From Paramoeba atlantica (Eukaryota; Protista; Discosea): a stretch of DNA of 64,000 nt. The notes beneath the pieces were generated by a model. The model did no database searches, was not told where the DNA came from, and worked only from the letters and a program-made list of their open reading frames with translations. Both the position numbers and the translations under genes were made by a program. Below, one piece after another: positions 18,643 through 28,225 of the stretch. The stretch spans positions 255,757 to 319,756 of the forward strand of contig CDRNVI010000048.1 of the NCBI GenBank assembly GCA_977017575.1, written 5' to 3'. The first letter of the stretch is position 1, and every line of letters starts with the position of its first letter.

Positions 18643-18875
18643 CCATTCGCGCGTTCCGGACCGGGTCTTTCGACCTCTCCACGGCCTGACTTGTGAACCC
18701 TTCCCTTGTTATATGGGAGGGCGCAGGCGCGGGCCTGTGTCGACAGCGACACGGTCGCGAAACAGGATGCTGGCCGACGGGGAGGAGATTCACTGCCCGT
18801 GTACTACCTCACTTGGGGTACCTAGCCCTCGCGAGCTAGGCGTGAGTATAGACTCTGTCGACGCGACCAGCACCC
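18643..18875 (-). ncRNA. Conserved structured RNA element in the 3' UTR (representative copy)
   Basis: Homologous blocks at ~8889, 13751, 22847, 23454, 27954, 32147, 36541 (partial), 36972, 41423, 45539 (partial) and in G UTRs (~46495, 53756, 61019). Compensatory changes in at least four helices; a GNRA loop on the sense strand. Confidence 0.8.
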
Positions 18876-18914
18876 TAATCGTCTTGTTACCCTAGAGGAC
18901 CATGCCTGTGGGCC

Positions 18915-21900
18915 CTACTCCCCTTCCAGGGGAGCTTGGGGGTCACTGACGACTATCCGGGAGACCATCATGCGGGCCTGAGAGCGCATGAGTGTGACGT
19001 TAAGCTCTTTCAGAAGGTCATTTCGGGCTTGAGCATCCGTGAGAAGACCTTTTGACGAGTTGGCGCGCAGTGCTCCCACCTTCCATAAGACCGCCATTGC
19101 GCTTTTACTCCACGAGCCAAAAGACTCGACAACCATGGCCGTGAACCCTAGTTGTGCTTCTTCTGCTTCTTGACGTTGTTTTTCCTTCGTTTCTGAGTAA
19201 TGCTCGGCGAAAGACCCTGCAGCCACCCAGCTAGCATTCCGGACAGAGTCCAAATACTTTGTTTGCTGTGCGTGGGTGACTGCGAAGTCTAGTACCATGC
19301 CTTTCCCTAGAGTGTACGTGGGGAGGAAAACGTCAGCCGGTCTGGTGAGACCCCCTCCTGGCCCCCGATTTCCTAGACTTTTTTCTCGCTGGGGAGCCAT
19401 GTTGGCCTTGCTGCAAAAGGAGGCGAATTCTACACAAAGCGCATTGTGCCGCGTGATGAGGCCATGTCCGTTCTTGCACAATAATGCATGCTCCCCATTT
19501 TTCTGTAGGGGTAGGGAACACCCGTTTGCTGTGCAGGGGCGGTCTTGGCCATAAATGTCCATGCCAAACCACCAGCGCGATAACGTGCGGAACTCGGTTG
19601 GTGTGAAAGCAAAACCTTTACTCCTTGAGGGCGTGACGAAGGCCCAGCTCCCAGCTCCCTTTCCTGACTGTGAAACCCATCGTGCTCGGGTGCGGGGGTC
19701 GGCCTGGCCGTAGGCTGTAGTGAATTCCTGCTGCGATATGGCTTGGCTCAGTTGCTGCTGCCGGGGTATAACCATTTCCGGCTCGGCCGTCTTATCCGCG
19801 TCCATGTTGTTGAGTATGTGTCGTGGGCGTTTGCTTCTCGAGGTGAGGTTGTGTCTTTGGCTGGACTCTGGATGTGGTTTATTCTGTTTCGGGATGCGTC
19901 CTGTACCGGGATCCACAAGTTCTACCCCCGCCTTTCTATTCACGTCCTGCACGGAAATGGTGAATCCCTCGGCTTCTGAAGGGTCCCAATCGTCTGCATC
20001 GGCGGCGTGCGCAACGGAGGAGACATATGCTGCTGTTGCGTGGAGGAGAGAAGACCTGAGACCAAAACCCCCGTTGCGCTTCTTACGTTGGATTTGGTCA
20101 CGCGCGTGGGAATCCAGAAGGAAAAGTGCCCATTCCGCGGCTTTTAGAACATTTTCATCAAGGGAATTACAAAGCTCAGAAAGCGCATGAGGGGGTGTCG
20201 TGCGAAGTGCGTAGACCATTTGACAGAATCCAGTGCACTGCCGGATGAGGGACATGGCTACTTGTGGGTCTCCTATGAAACCTATTGCGTCTAATGTTTC
20301 GCGTGCGGGCTCAATGGCTTCTGACCTGAGAAACTCCACGCAATGCTCCGCTGACCCAATCGGGGAGCCCAAGATGTCGAAATTTCCATCAGTACGAGTT
20401 TTAGTCTTCGGTATCTCTGGAAATAATCCTGTGAGATGGGATGAAGCAGGCGGTGTTATTATCTCACATTTCGATGGGTTTAGGAAAAGTCCGCATCGGG
20501 AGCCAACATTGGAAAAAACATCGAGCGCCTTCCTGACCTCCTCAGCCTCCCCTATGAGTACCCCGTCATCTAGGTACCAAAGTTGAGTGTCTAGATTCGA
20601 CCGAGACGATATTTCTTCTGTTACACTGGATAGTACTAGAGAGAAGAGAAGAGGGCCTAGTGGGTCTCCTTGTTGTACCCCCTCTGCCGAGGGTATGACA
20701 TTGTCTCTGTAGGTAAGACAGCTCACGTTGGAGTAACACCACTCTACCCAAGGTGAGAGTTCGGGGAAATTTAAGCGCGTGGTTAGGGTGAGAACAGGCC
20801 TGCTGACGTTATTGAAAGCGTTTCTTAAGTCCACTTTGCAGAAGACAAAATTGTCACTCCCCAGGTTATTGAGCATGGCTCTCCGGCAGAGGTGGATAAC
20901 TCGTTCGGCTCCCGCGGGGGCTGCTACACCATATTGTCGCCCGTTGAACAGAGTACCCGCTTTCTCCTTTATCGAGATACATGCCGCCTTGCTTACGAGG
21001 CGTCTAAGGGTTTCACCCGCTGCGATTGGTCGAACATCGTCCTCGCCTTTTTCCAGGGCGCAGAGCCGGGCTCCAGCGTAGAATGATTGGACGTCTTGTG
21101 GCGCTTTTCCTTGAAGCATGTGGTTCACTAGTCGCGTGAGGGCCGAGAGAGGATTCACATCCTTGTCCACATGTTCCAAGATGGCTGCCTGGAGGTGCTC
21201 TGGACGAAGGCCCATCGTGCCGGCTGAAGATCCCCTGCGGAAGCTGACGATCGCTTTTTTGACCTCTGTTTCCTCTAGGTGTAGGGGGTTGCCCTCGATC
21301 GGTGGTAGATCATTCTGCAAGGGATTTTCGTGTGGGTCTGGATGCTTCTCCAAGAGCTTTTCGAGGGTATCTGCATTGTCTGGCGCCATGGGGGCTGCGG
21401 TTAGGGCTGCCATTCCCCTGGAAAATTCCCCCTGGCGGGCCAAGAGTTCGGCTCGAATTGCCGCTCTGTCTGCATCGATTTCGGAGTCGCGTGATCTGGA
21501 GCGCTTTTTATAATGATCCCTCTGGGCATCTTCCCATAGCAAGAGGTACTCCCCCGCTAGCCACAGTTTCATGCGGTTTTCGACGTACGTAGAGTATGAT
21601 GTGTGGCCTTTGCGACCGCCTCGGAAAGGTGCTGGTAGGACACACTTAGGGAGCATTGCGAGAAGTGTCCATGCCTCTACCGTGTTTTCCTTCACTGCGG
21701 ATGTCAAGGATTGCGTGAGGATGCTCGCCCAGAGGAATCTGCAACAGTGTGGAACGTCTTTGCAGGTACTCATGGGAAGTGCGCAGATGGAGCCGAGTGA
21801 TGGCAAATTGTCTGTTGGATTTTCTTCTGCGTTTTGGGGACGTGCCGTTGGTGGGGCTAATGACCGTCCGGAATTGTTGCGGCCCCTGCAGTTTTTGGGG

Positions 21901-22505
21901 TGAGACTTGAGCTTGTTCTTGGCGTAGTGTCTGCCACAATCTCTGCAGAGGAATCTTCCCTCTCCCTCCCACCACTCGTTTGGAATGTTTTTGCCGTGTC
22001 GATGAGCTACATGGTGATAAAATGCCTGCCATTTTCCGCTATGTGGTGGGGTTTTCCACGTACATCCTTCTGCTGGGCATTGACGTTCTACATCCTTCTG
22101 CTGCGTATTGGCGTTGTGGTATGTGGTAGGGGCAGAATCAGTATTCTTGCGCTTTGTAGCCTTAGTTGGAGAGAAAATGTGGGCGGATGAGGCCTCCGAA
22201 GTAATTCCCACGTTGTTTGCCACGACAAGGGAGTGATTTGTCTCTTCGTCCGCGGTCATTCTGCCTGTGTCCGGTGTAGGTTCCTCTGCCGCGATCTTGT
22301 AGGCTCTTTCGGTCCAGTGTTTAGGTACGTTTTCGGGGATAGGTGTCGTATACAAAAGTTCATTGTAGGTGCTTTGGCCGGAAATCAGGTGAGCGTTTCC
22401 TGCGAATTGGTCCCAATCTCCGGGTTTGTGTGACATTTGTTCCTGGCGAAAAGAGTCATCATCCATTGGTAACGCGTTGGCATCAAAGGAATCATCGGGC
22501 GGCAT
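18915..22505 (-). CDS. Family B polyprotein (ZnF-RT-CCHC-RLE), 1196 aa
   Basis: Uninterrupted ORF with RPIAAGETLRRL, GVQQGDPLGPL, WYLDDG, CTANGC..H...C and PAD..LDF..ESFG. Confidence 0.95.
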   Translation of the reverse strand: MPPDDSFDANALPMDDDSFRQEQMSHKPGDWDQFAGNAHLISGQSTYNELLYTTPIPENVPKHWTERAYKIAAEEPTPDTGRMTADEETNHSLVVANNVGITSEASSAHIFSPTKATKRKNTDSAPTTYHNANTQQKDVERQCPAEGCTWKTPPHSGKWQAFYHHVAHRHGKNIPNEWWEGEGRFLCRDCGRHYAKNKLKSHPKNCRGRNNSGRSLAPPTARPQNAEENPTDNLPSLGSICALPMSTCKDVPHCCRFLWASILTQSLTSAVKENTVEAWTLLAMLPKCVLPAPFRGGRKGHTSYSTYVENRMKLWLAGEYLLLWEDAQRDHYKKRSRSRDSEIDADRAAIRAELLARQGEFSRGMAALTAAPMAPDNADTLEKLLEKHPDPHENPLQNDLPPIEGNPLHLEETEVKKAIVSFRRGSSAGTMGLRPEHLQAAILEHVDKDVNPLSALTRLVNHMLQGKAPQDVQSFYAGARLCALEKGEDDVRPIAAGETLRRLVSKAACISIKEKAGTLFNGRQYGVAAPAGAERVIHLCRRAMLNNLGSDNFVFCKVDLRNAFNNVSRPVLTLTTRLNFPELSPWVEWCYSNVSCLTYRDNVIPSAEGVQQGDPLGPLLFSLVLSSVTEEISSRSNLDTQLWYLDDGVLIGEAEEVRKALDVFSNVGSRCGLFLNPSKCEIITPPASSHLTGLFPEIPKTKTRTDGNFDILGSPIGSAEHCVEFLRSEAIEPARETLDAIGFIGDPQVAMSLIRQCTGFCQMVYALRTTPPHALSELCNSLDENVLKAAEWALFLLDSHARDQIQRKKRNGGFGLRSSLLHATAAYVSSVAHAADADDWDPSEAEGFTISVQDVNRKAGVELVDPGTGRIPKQNKPHPESSQRHNLTSRSKRPRHILNNMDADKTAEPEMVIPRQQQLSQAISQQEFTTAYGQADPRTRARWVSQSGKGAGSWAFVTPSRSKGFAFTPTEFRTLSRWWFGMDIYGQDRPCTANGCSLPLQKNGEHALLCKNGHGLITRHNALCVEFASFCSKANMAPQREKSLGNRGPGGGLTRPADVFLPTYTLGKGMVLDFAVTHAQQTKYLDSVRNASWVAAGSFAEHYSETKEKQRQEAEEAQLGFTAMVVESFGSWSKSAMAVLWKVGALRANSSKGLLTDAQARNDLLKELNVTLMRSQARMMVSRIVVSDPQAPLEGE

Positions 22506-22547
22506 GGTGCGACCCTAGTAAGCAATAAAGAGAAAGAAAAATTAATT

Positions 22548-22580
22548 CAACAAGGTACAGAAACTGTATCTTTATCGTTA

Positions 22581-22583
<3 letters not shown>
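22548..22583 (-). other. Retroposed SL exon
   Basis: 36-nt SL joined directly to the B 5' UTR (AATTAATT...); the next base is T, consistent with a longer SL 5' end. Confidence 0.82.
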
Positions 22584-22584
<1 letters not shown>

Positions 22585-22614
<30 letters not shown>

Positions 22615-23172
22615 GCGAAAATGCATACAGTTCATACACGTACATAATTATTAACAAACCCTATTCAAATATAATCCCTCCTGAATTTCAATCCGTAAAC
22701 TTTTAATCTTTTTTTTTATTTTTATTAAACAAGCAATCAAATTAGCAATTTCACATGTTGTAGCCCAAAACTAGTAATTCAACCTGCCTTAAGTTATTTA
22801 TGATTTTGATAACAATAATAATAAAAAGAAGCAATTTATGCCCAATTCATTCGCGCGTTCCGGACCGGGTCTTTCGACCACTCCTCGGCCTGACTTGTGA
22901 ACCCTTCCCTTGTTATATGGGAGGGCGCAGGCGCGGGCTTGTGCCGACAGCGGCACGGTCGCGAAACAGGGTGCTGGCCGACGGGGAGGAAGTTTTAGTT
23001 CCCGACCCATGTCCTACCTCACTTGGAGTACCTAGCCCTTGAGGGCTAGGCGTGAGCATAGACCCTGCCGGCATCGACCAGCATCCAGGCCAGCCATCTA
23101 TGAGGGCGCAAACGTGGGTCTGTGCTGACTGCCGTCCGGTCAGGAAACGTTTACTCCCCCAAGCAAGAAAAA
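22585..23172 (-). mobile_element. 3' UTR-only module of another family (H), 5'-truncated
   Basis: T28, a distinct AT-rich tail, and a variant of the structured block (~22847-23085); cut by the next poly-T at 23173. Confidence 0.8.
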
Positions 23173-23737
23173 GTTTTTTTTTTTTTTTTTTTTGCAATTA
23201 ATAAGGGGGGAGAAGTATGAATCGCGGCATTGCCTCTATAATTTGATCCAGTAGACGAACCAAGTACATAGTAGGTCCATTAGGGGGGTATATGAATTTA
23301 AAACAAGCAATCAAATTAGCAATTCTTTTCATTTCCACAGAAGTATATTTTCTTTTTCTTTTTTCTCAGCCCAAAACTAGCAATTCAATCTCCCCTAAGT
23401 ATATACGACAAATAAGACACAGTAAAAATAAAAACAAGCAATCCAGACCCAATCCATTCGCGCGTTCCGGACCGGGTCTTTCGACCACTCCACGGCCTGA
23501 CTTGTGAACCCTTCCCTTGCTATACGGGAGGGCGCAGGCGCGGGCCTGTGTCGACAGCGACACGGTCACGAAACAGGATGCTGGCCGACGGGGAGGAGAT
23601 TCACTACCCGTGTACTACCTCACTTGGGGTACCTAGCCCTCGCGGGCTAGGCGTGAGCATAGTCTCTGTCGACCCGGCCAGCACCCGCCCTGGATATTAT
23701 GGCGTCTTCGTGCTGAAACTGGACTGTCAGTAGAGGC

Positions 23738-26700
23738 TTAAGCCTCTACCAAAGGATCCGCTGGGTCCTCTACGCGGATGCGCGAAACCATCATCCTGGC
23801 TTGAGAACGCATTAGCGTCACGTTCAGATCTGTTAGGAGATCGTTTCGCGCTTGGTCTCGTGAAAGGAGCCCTTTGGATGCATTCGCCCGTTGGGTTCCG
23901 ATGTCCCGGAGTAACGCTAGCGCACTCTCGCTCCAGGAACCAAAGGATTCCACCACCATCGCTGTGAAGAGGTGTCCTGCTTTTTCTGCTTCTTGTCGCT
24001 GTCGCGCCTTGGTCTCCGCGAAGTGCTCGGCAAAAGACCCCGGGGTCACCCAGCTAGCATTGTGGACTGAGTCCAAATACTTTGTTTGCTGTGCGTGAGT
24101 GACCGCAAAATCTAGGACCATGCCTTGCGCTAAAGATCCTTTGGCGATGGAGGCAGTTGGCAGAAATACGTCTGCTGGTCTCGTGAGAGCCAGAACCCCG
24201 ATTTCCCAAACTCTTCTCTCTCTGTGGCGCCAGGAAGGCTCTGCTGCAGAACGATGTAAATTGTTGGGCCAGAGCGTTGTGCCGTGAGATGATACCATGG
24301 CCGTTCTTGCAGAGCAAAGCGTGCTCTCCATTCTTGAGCAAGGGAAGGGTGCACCCGTCAGCTGGGCAAGGCCGATCTTCGGGGAAGACGTCCATGCCTA
24401 GCCACCAGCGTGTTAGGGTACGAAACTCCGTGTGGGTGAAAGCGTAGCCTCTGGTCTTGGAGGGAGTTGCGAAAGCCCAGTTTCCGGCCCCTTTTCCGGA
24501 CTGCGAGATCCATCGCGCCCGCGTTCTTGCGTCTGCCTTTGAATATGCCGTTTGAAATTCCCTATCCGAGATAGCTTGGCTGAGATGTTTTTGCCTCGGG
24601 ATGATCTTTTCCTGATCCGTCGAGACCGGGAGAAGGGCGTGATTGAGGGATTGTGCGAGTTTTCTTTTCGATGGGCGGGAAAGGATGCTCCGATTTGCAT
24701 GATATTCACCAGGCACACTAGGTTTGGTAATGCGTCCAGTGTATGGATCAACCAGATCAGTCCCAACTTTGTCATTTATGTCATGTGCTGAGCTGGAAAA
24801 TCCCTCAGCTTCTGTGGGGTCCCAGTTGTCCAAGCTAGCGGCGTGCGCGACGGAAGAAACGTAGGCTGCTGACTGGTGGAGAATTGATGAGCGAAGTCCG
24901 AACCCGCCGTGGCGTTTTGGTCGTTGTATTTGGTCGCGAGCGGCGACGCCTAAGGGAGAAATTGCGTGCTCCACGGCCTGGACTAGATGAGAGTCAAGTT
25001 TTTGGCATAATTCTCCAAGGGCTTGGGGAGGAGTGGTGCGCAGTGCGTACACCATCTGACAAAACCCCGAACATTGCCGTATTAGTGCGAGAGCTATTTG
25101 GGGATCTTCTAACACAGCAGTAGCTTCTAATGTTTCGCGGGCTGGTTCAATCGCGTGTGTCATGAGAAACTCCGCACAGTGTTCCGCAGAGCCTATTGGG
25201 CTTCCAAGAATGTCGAAGTTCCCGTCGTACCGTATTTTATCACTGGGGATGTCAGGAAAGAAAACGGAGGTATGAGCTGATGCTGGGGGGGTAATGATCT
25301 CGCACTTGGAGAGATTCAGGAAGAGTCCCCACTTCGGTCCTATCTCGTCGAGGACGTCTAGGGCTTTACGGACTTCTTTGGGCTCACCTACAAGCACACC
25401 GTCATCTAAATACCATAATTGTGTTCGTAGGTTAGAATTTGATGCAATTTCTTCTGTTACCTCTGCTAACACCAAGGAGAAGAGGAGTGGGCCCAGAGGG
25501 TCTCCTTGTTGCACTCCTTCTGCCGAGGGGATAAAATCATTGCCGAATGTGAGACAGCTGTGATTGGCATAACACCATTCTACCCATGGGGATAGTTCAG
25601 GGAAATGCTTTCGTGTGAGAAAGATGAAGACGGGTCGGCTCACGTTATTAAAGGCGTTCCGAAGATCCACCTTACAGAACGTTATGTTCTCATTTTCTTC
25701 ATTATTTCTCATTAGACGGCGACAAAGGTGTATCACTCTTTCCGCCCCAGCAGACGCTGCGACCCCGTATTGACGACGTCCAAAGAAGGATCCTGCTTTT
25801 TCTTTTATCGAAAGGCACACTGCCTTGCTCACCAGGCGTCTAAGGGTTTCCCCCGCAGCGATAGGCCGCACGTCATCTTCCCCTTTTTCGAGTGCGCATA
25901 GCCGTGCCCCTGCAAAAAAAGGTTGCACTTCGTCTGCGGCTTTGCCAGCTAGGAGATGGTTTACGAAGGAAGTGAGCGTCGTAAGAGGATTCATATTCTG
26001 GTCGACGTGCTCTTGAAGCGCTGTTTGGAGGTGTTCAGGCCGGAGCCCCATAGTCCCAGCAGAGGATCCGCGACGGAAGGTATCTACTGCTTTTCTCACC
26101 TCGGATTCGTCCAGTTTTAAAGCTTCTTCTTCCAGGGGAGGTAGGGGGCACGAGATGGGATTACCATGGGGGCTAGGGTGTTTTTCCTGCAGCTTTAGCA
26201 GGGTTTCCTCGCTGTATGGTGCAAGTGGAGCTGCAGTAAGGGCAGCCATGCCTCGGGAAAATTCTCCTTGGCGAACCAGAATTTCAGCCCGTATTGCAGC
26301 CTTGTCTTCTTCACCCTCAATCTCATTATTCGGCACTTTTGAGCGCTTCCTGTCATGCTCCGAATTTGCTTGGGCCCATAGGGTGGTATATTGGCCTTGT
26401 ATCCAAAGTTCCATTCGCTTTGAGATGTAGGAGGTATAGGACTTGTGAGCTTTGCGGCCTCCTCGGTACGGGGCTGGTAGGACGCATTTCGGAAGCAAGG
26501 CAAGAAGGGTCCAGGCTCTCAGTGAGTTTTCGTTTACCGCGGTGGAGAGGGCTGCGGTAAAAATTCTGGTCCACAGATATCGACATCGGTGTGGGACATC
26601 CTTGCACGTGCTTATTTGAGTCGTGCAAACTTCCTCTAGGGACGGTAGACTATGCGTACCTTGTATATCGTACATGGCTTCCCCGGACTCTGACAGCTGT

Positions 26701-27533
26701 GAAGGCTGCTGTGGTTGTGAGGGCGGCTGCGAGGAGGGTGGTGTAGATTGCATTTTACAATGATTCAAATGAGAAGTTTTCTTGCTAATATCGTAATGAC
26801 GACCGCATGCGTCGCAGAGAAATCGTCCTTCCTTTGTCCACCAGTCATTGGGTATGTTATTTCCGTGTCGGTAAGCAACGTGGTTGTAGTACGACTGCCA
26901 TTGACCTCCATGGGCACGAGTTTTCCAAATACAGTTTTCTGCGGGGCACTCCCTTTGTGTCGGACGGTTTTGGGAAGATGGAAACGTGAGAACTGCTTCG
27001 CTCGTCGAAGGTGGGATTTCAAGGGAAGTTCCTTGTACTATTTGGCGTGGAGAGTTGTTTTCGGGGTTATGTTCCGTCGCTTCCCCTTTTCGAGGTGTAG
27101 CTGGTTCGCGCGCTTTTCGATGAGACTTTACGATTCCCCGATTCCCTTTGACGCTTGGGGGTGTGGAAGATGGTTGGCATCGAGTAAACTTTTTAGTGAT
27201 AGTGTTGCTATCAGATTGCGTTTTTTGGTGTCCATGATGTAATCTGATGACTCGTGAGTGGTTTGTTTCCTCATCGCTACTATCTACCTGTCCCGTATCA
27301 TGTGTCTGGTTCTCAGTTGAGATCAAGGCGGCGTTCATGTTCCATTCTTCCGGAATGTTCGCAGGAATAGGGGTCGTGTAGAGCAATTCGTTGTACGTAC
27401 TCCGTTGCTTAATGAGATGTGCGTTTCCAGCAAACTGGTCCCAGGATCCTCTATTGTGTACTGCTTCCTCTTGTAAAAATGAATCGTCGTCCATCGGCGG
27501 AGGTGAGGCTTTGAGAAGATCGTTTTCAGACAT
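23738..27533 (-). pseudogene. Family C ORF with 5-nt deletion at ~24190 before the RLE PD motif
   Basis: The + strand has agagccagaacccc versus agagcccccccaggacccc in copy 2. The offset to copy 2 changes from 8698 at the start to 8693 at the stop. Confidence 0.9.
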
Positions 27534-27579
27534 GAGAAAGAACCGCGTACCTGGAAAAGATGAAATAAAGAAAATAATT

Positions 27580-27619
27580 CAACAAGGTACAGAAACTGTA
27601 TCTTTATCGTTAAAGAGTC
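27580..27619 (-). other. Longest retroposed SL: G + ACTCTTTAACGATAAAGATACAGTTTCTGTACCTTGTTG (39 nt)
   Basis: The + strand reads ...cgttaaagagtc then T26. 39 nt matches the kinetoplastid SL length; the extra G may be a copied cap. Confidence 0.7.
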
Positions 27620-27753
27620 TTTTTTTTTTTTTTTTTTTTTTTTTTGCAATTAATAAGGGGGGAGAAGTATGAATCGCGGCATTGCCTCTATATTTTGACC
27701 CAGTAGACGAACCAAGTAGGTCCATTGGGGGGGGGGTATACGAGTTGAAAACT

Positions 27754-27755
<2 letters not shown>
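27620..27755 (-). mobile_element. Short (~110-nt) 3'-tail-only module
   Basis: T26 plus the shared terminal tail, truncated and followed by T30. Confidence 0.8.
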
Positions 27756-27786
<31 letters not shown>

Positions 27787-28225
27787 GGGGGGGGGGGTAT
27801 ACGAATTGAAAACAAACAATCAAATTAGCAATTCTTTTTCTGTCCACAGATGTACCTTTTTTCTCAGCCCAAAACTAGCAATTTAGTCTCCCCTAAGTAT
27901 ATACTACAAACAAGAAAAACAGTAAAAATTAAAACAAGCAATCCATGCCCAATCCATTCGCGCGTTCCGGACCGGGTCTTTCGACCTCTCCACGGCCTGA
28001 CTTGTGAACCCTTCCCTTGTTATATGGGAGGGCGCAGGCGCGGGCCTGTGTCGACAGCGACACGGTCGCGAAACAGGATGCTGGCCGACGGGGAGGAGAT
28101 TCACTGCCCGTGTACTACCTCACTTGGGGTACCTAGCCCTCGCGAGCTAGGCGTGAGTATAGACTCTGTCGACGCGACCAGCACCCTAATCGTCTTGTTA
28201 CCCTAGAGGACCATGCCTGTGGGCC

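Larger units (their letters stand above)
18351..22583 (-). mobile_element. CRE-like retrotransposon family B, copy 1 (SL-capped, intact)
   Basis: T33 tail, structured 3' UTR, 1196-aa ORF, SL at 22548-22583. Confidence 0.95.
23173..27619 (-). mobile_element. CRE-like retrotransposon family C, copy 1 (SL-capped, frameshifted)
   Basis: T21 tail, structured UTR, SL at 27580-27618. Confidence 0.92.
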
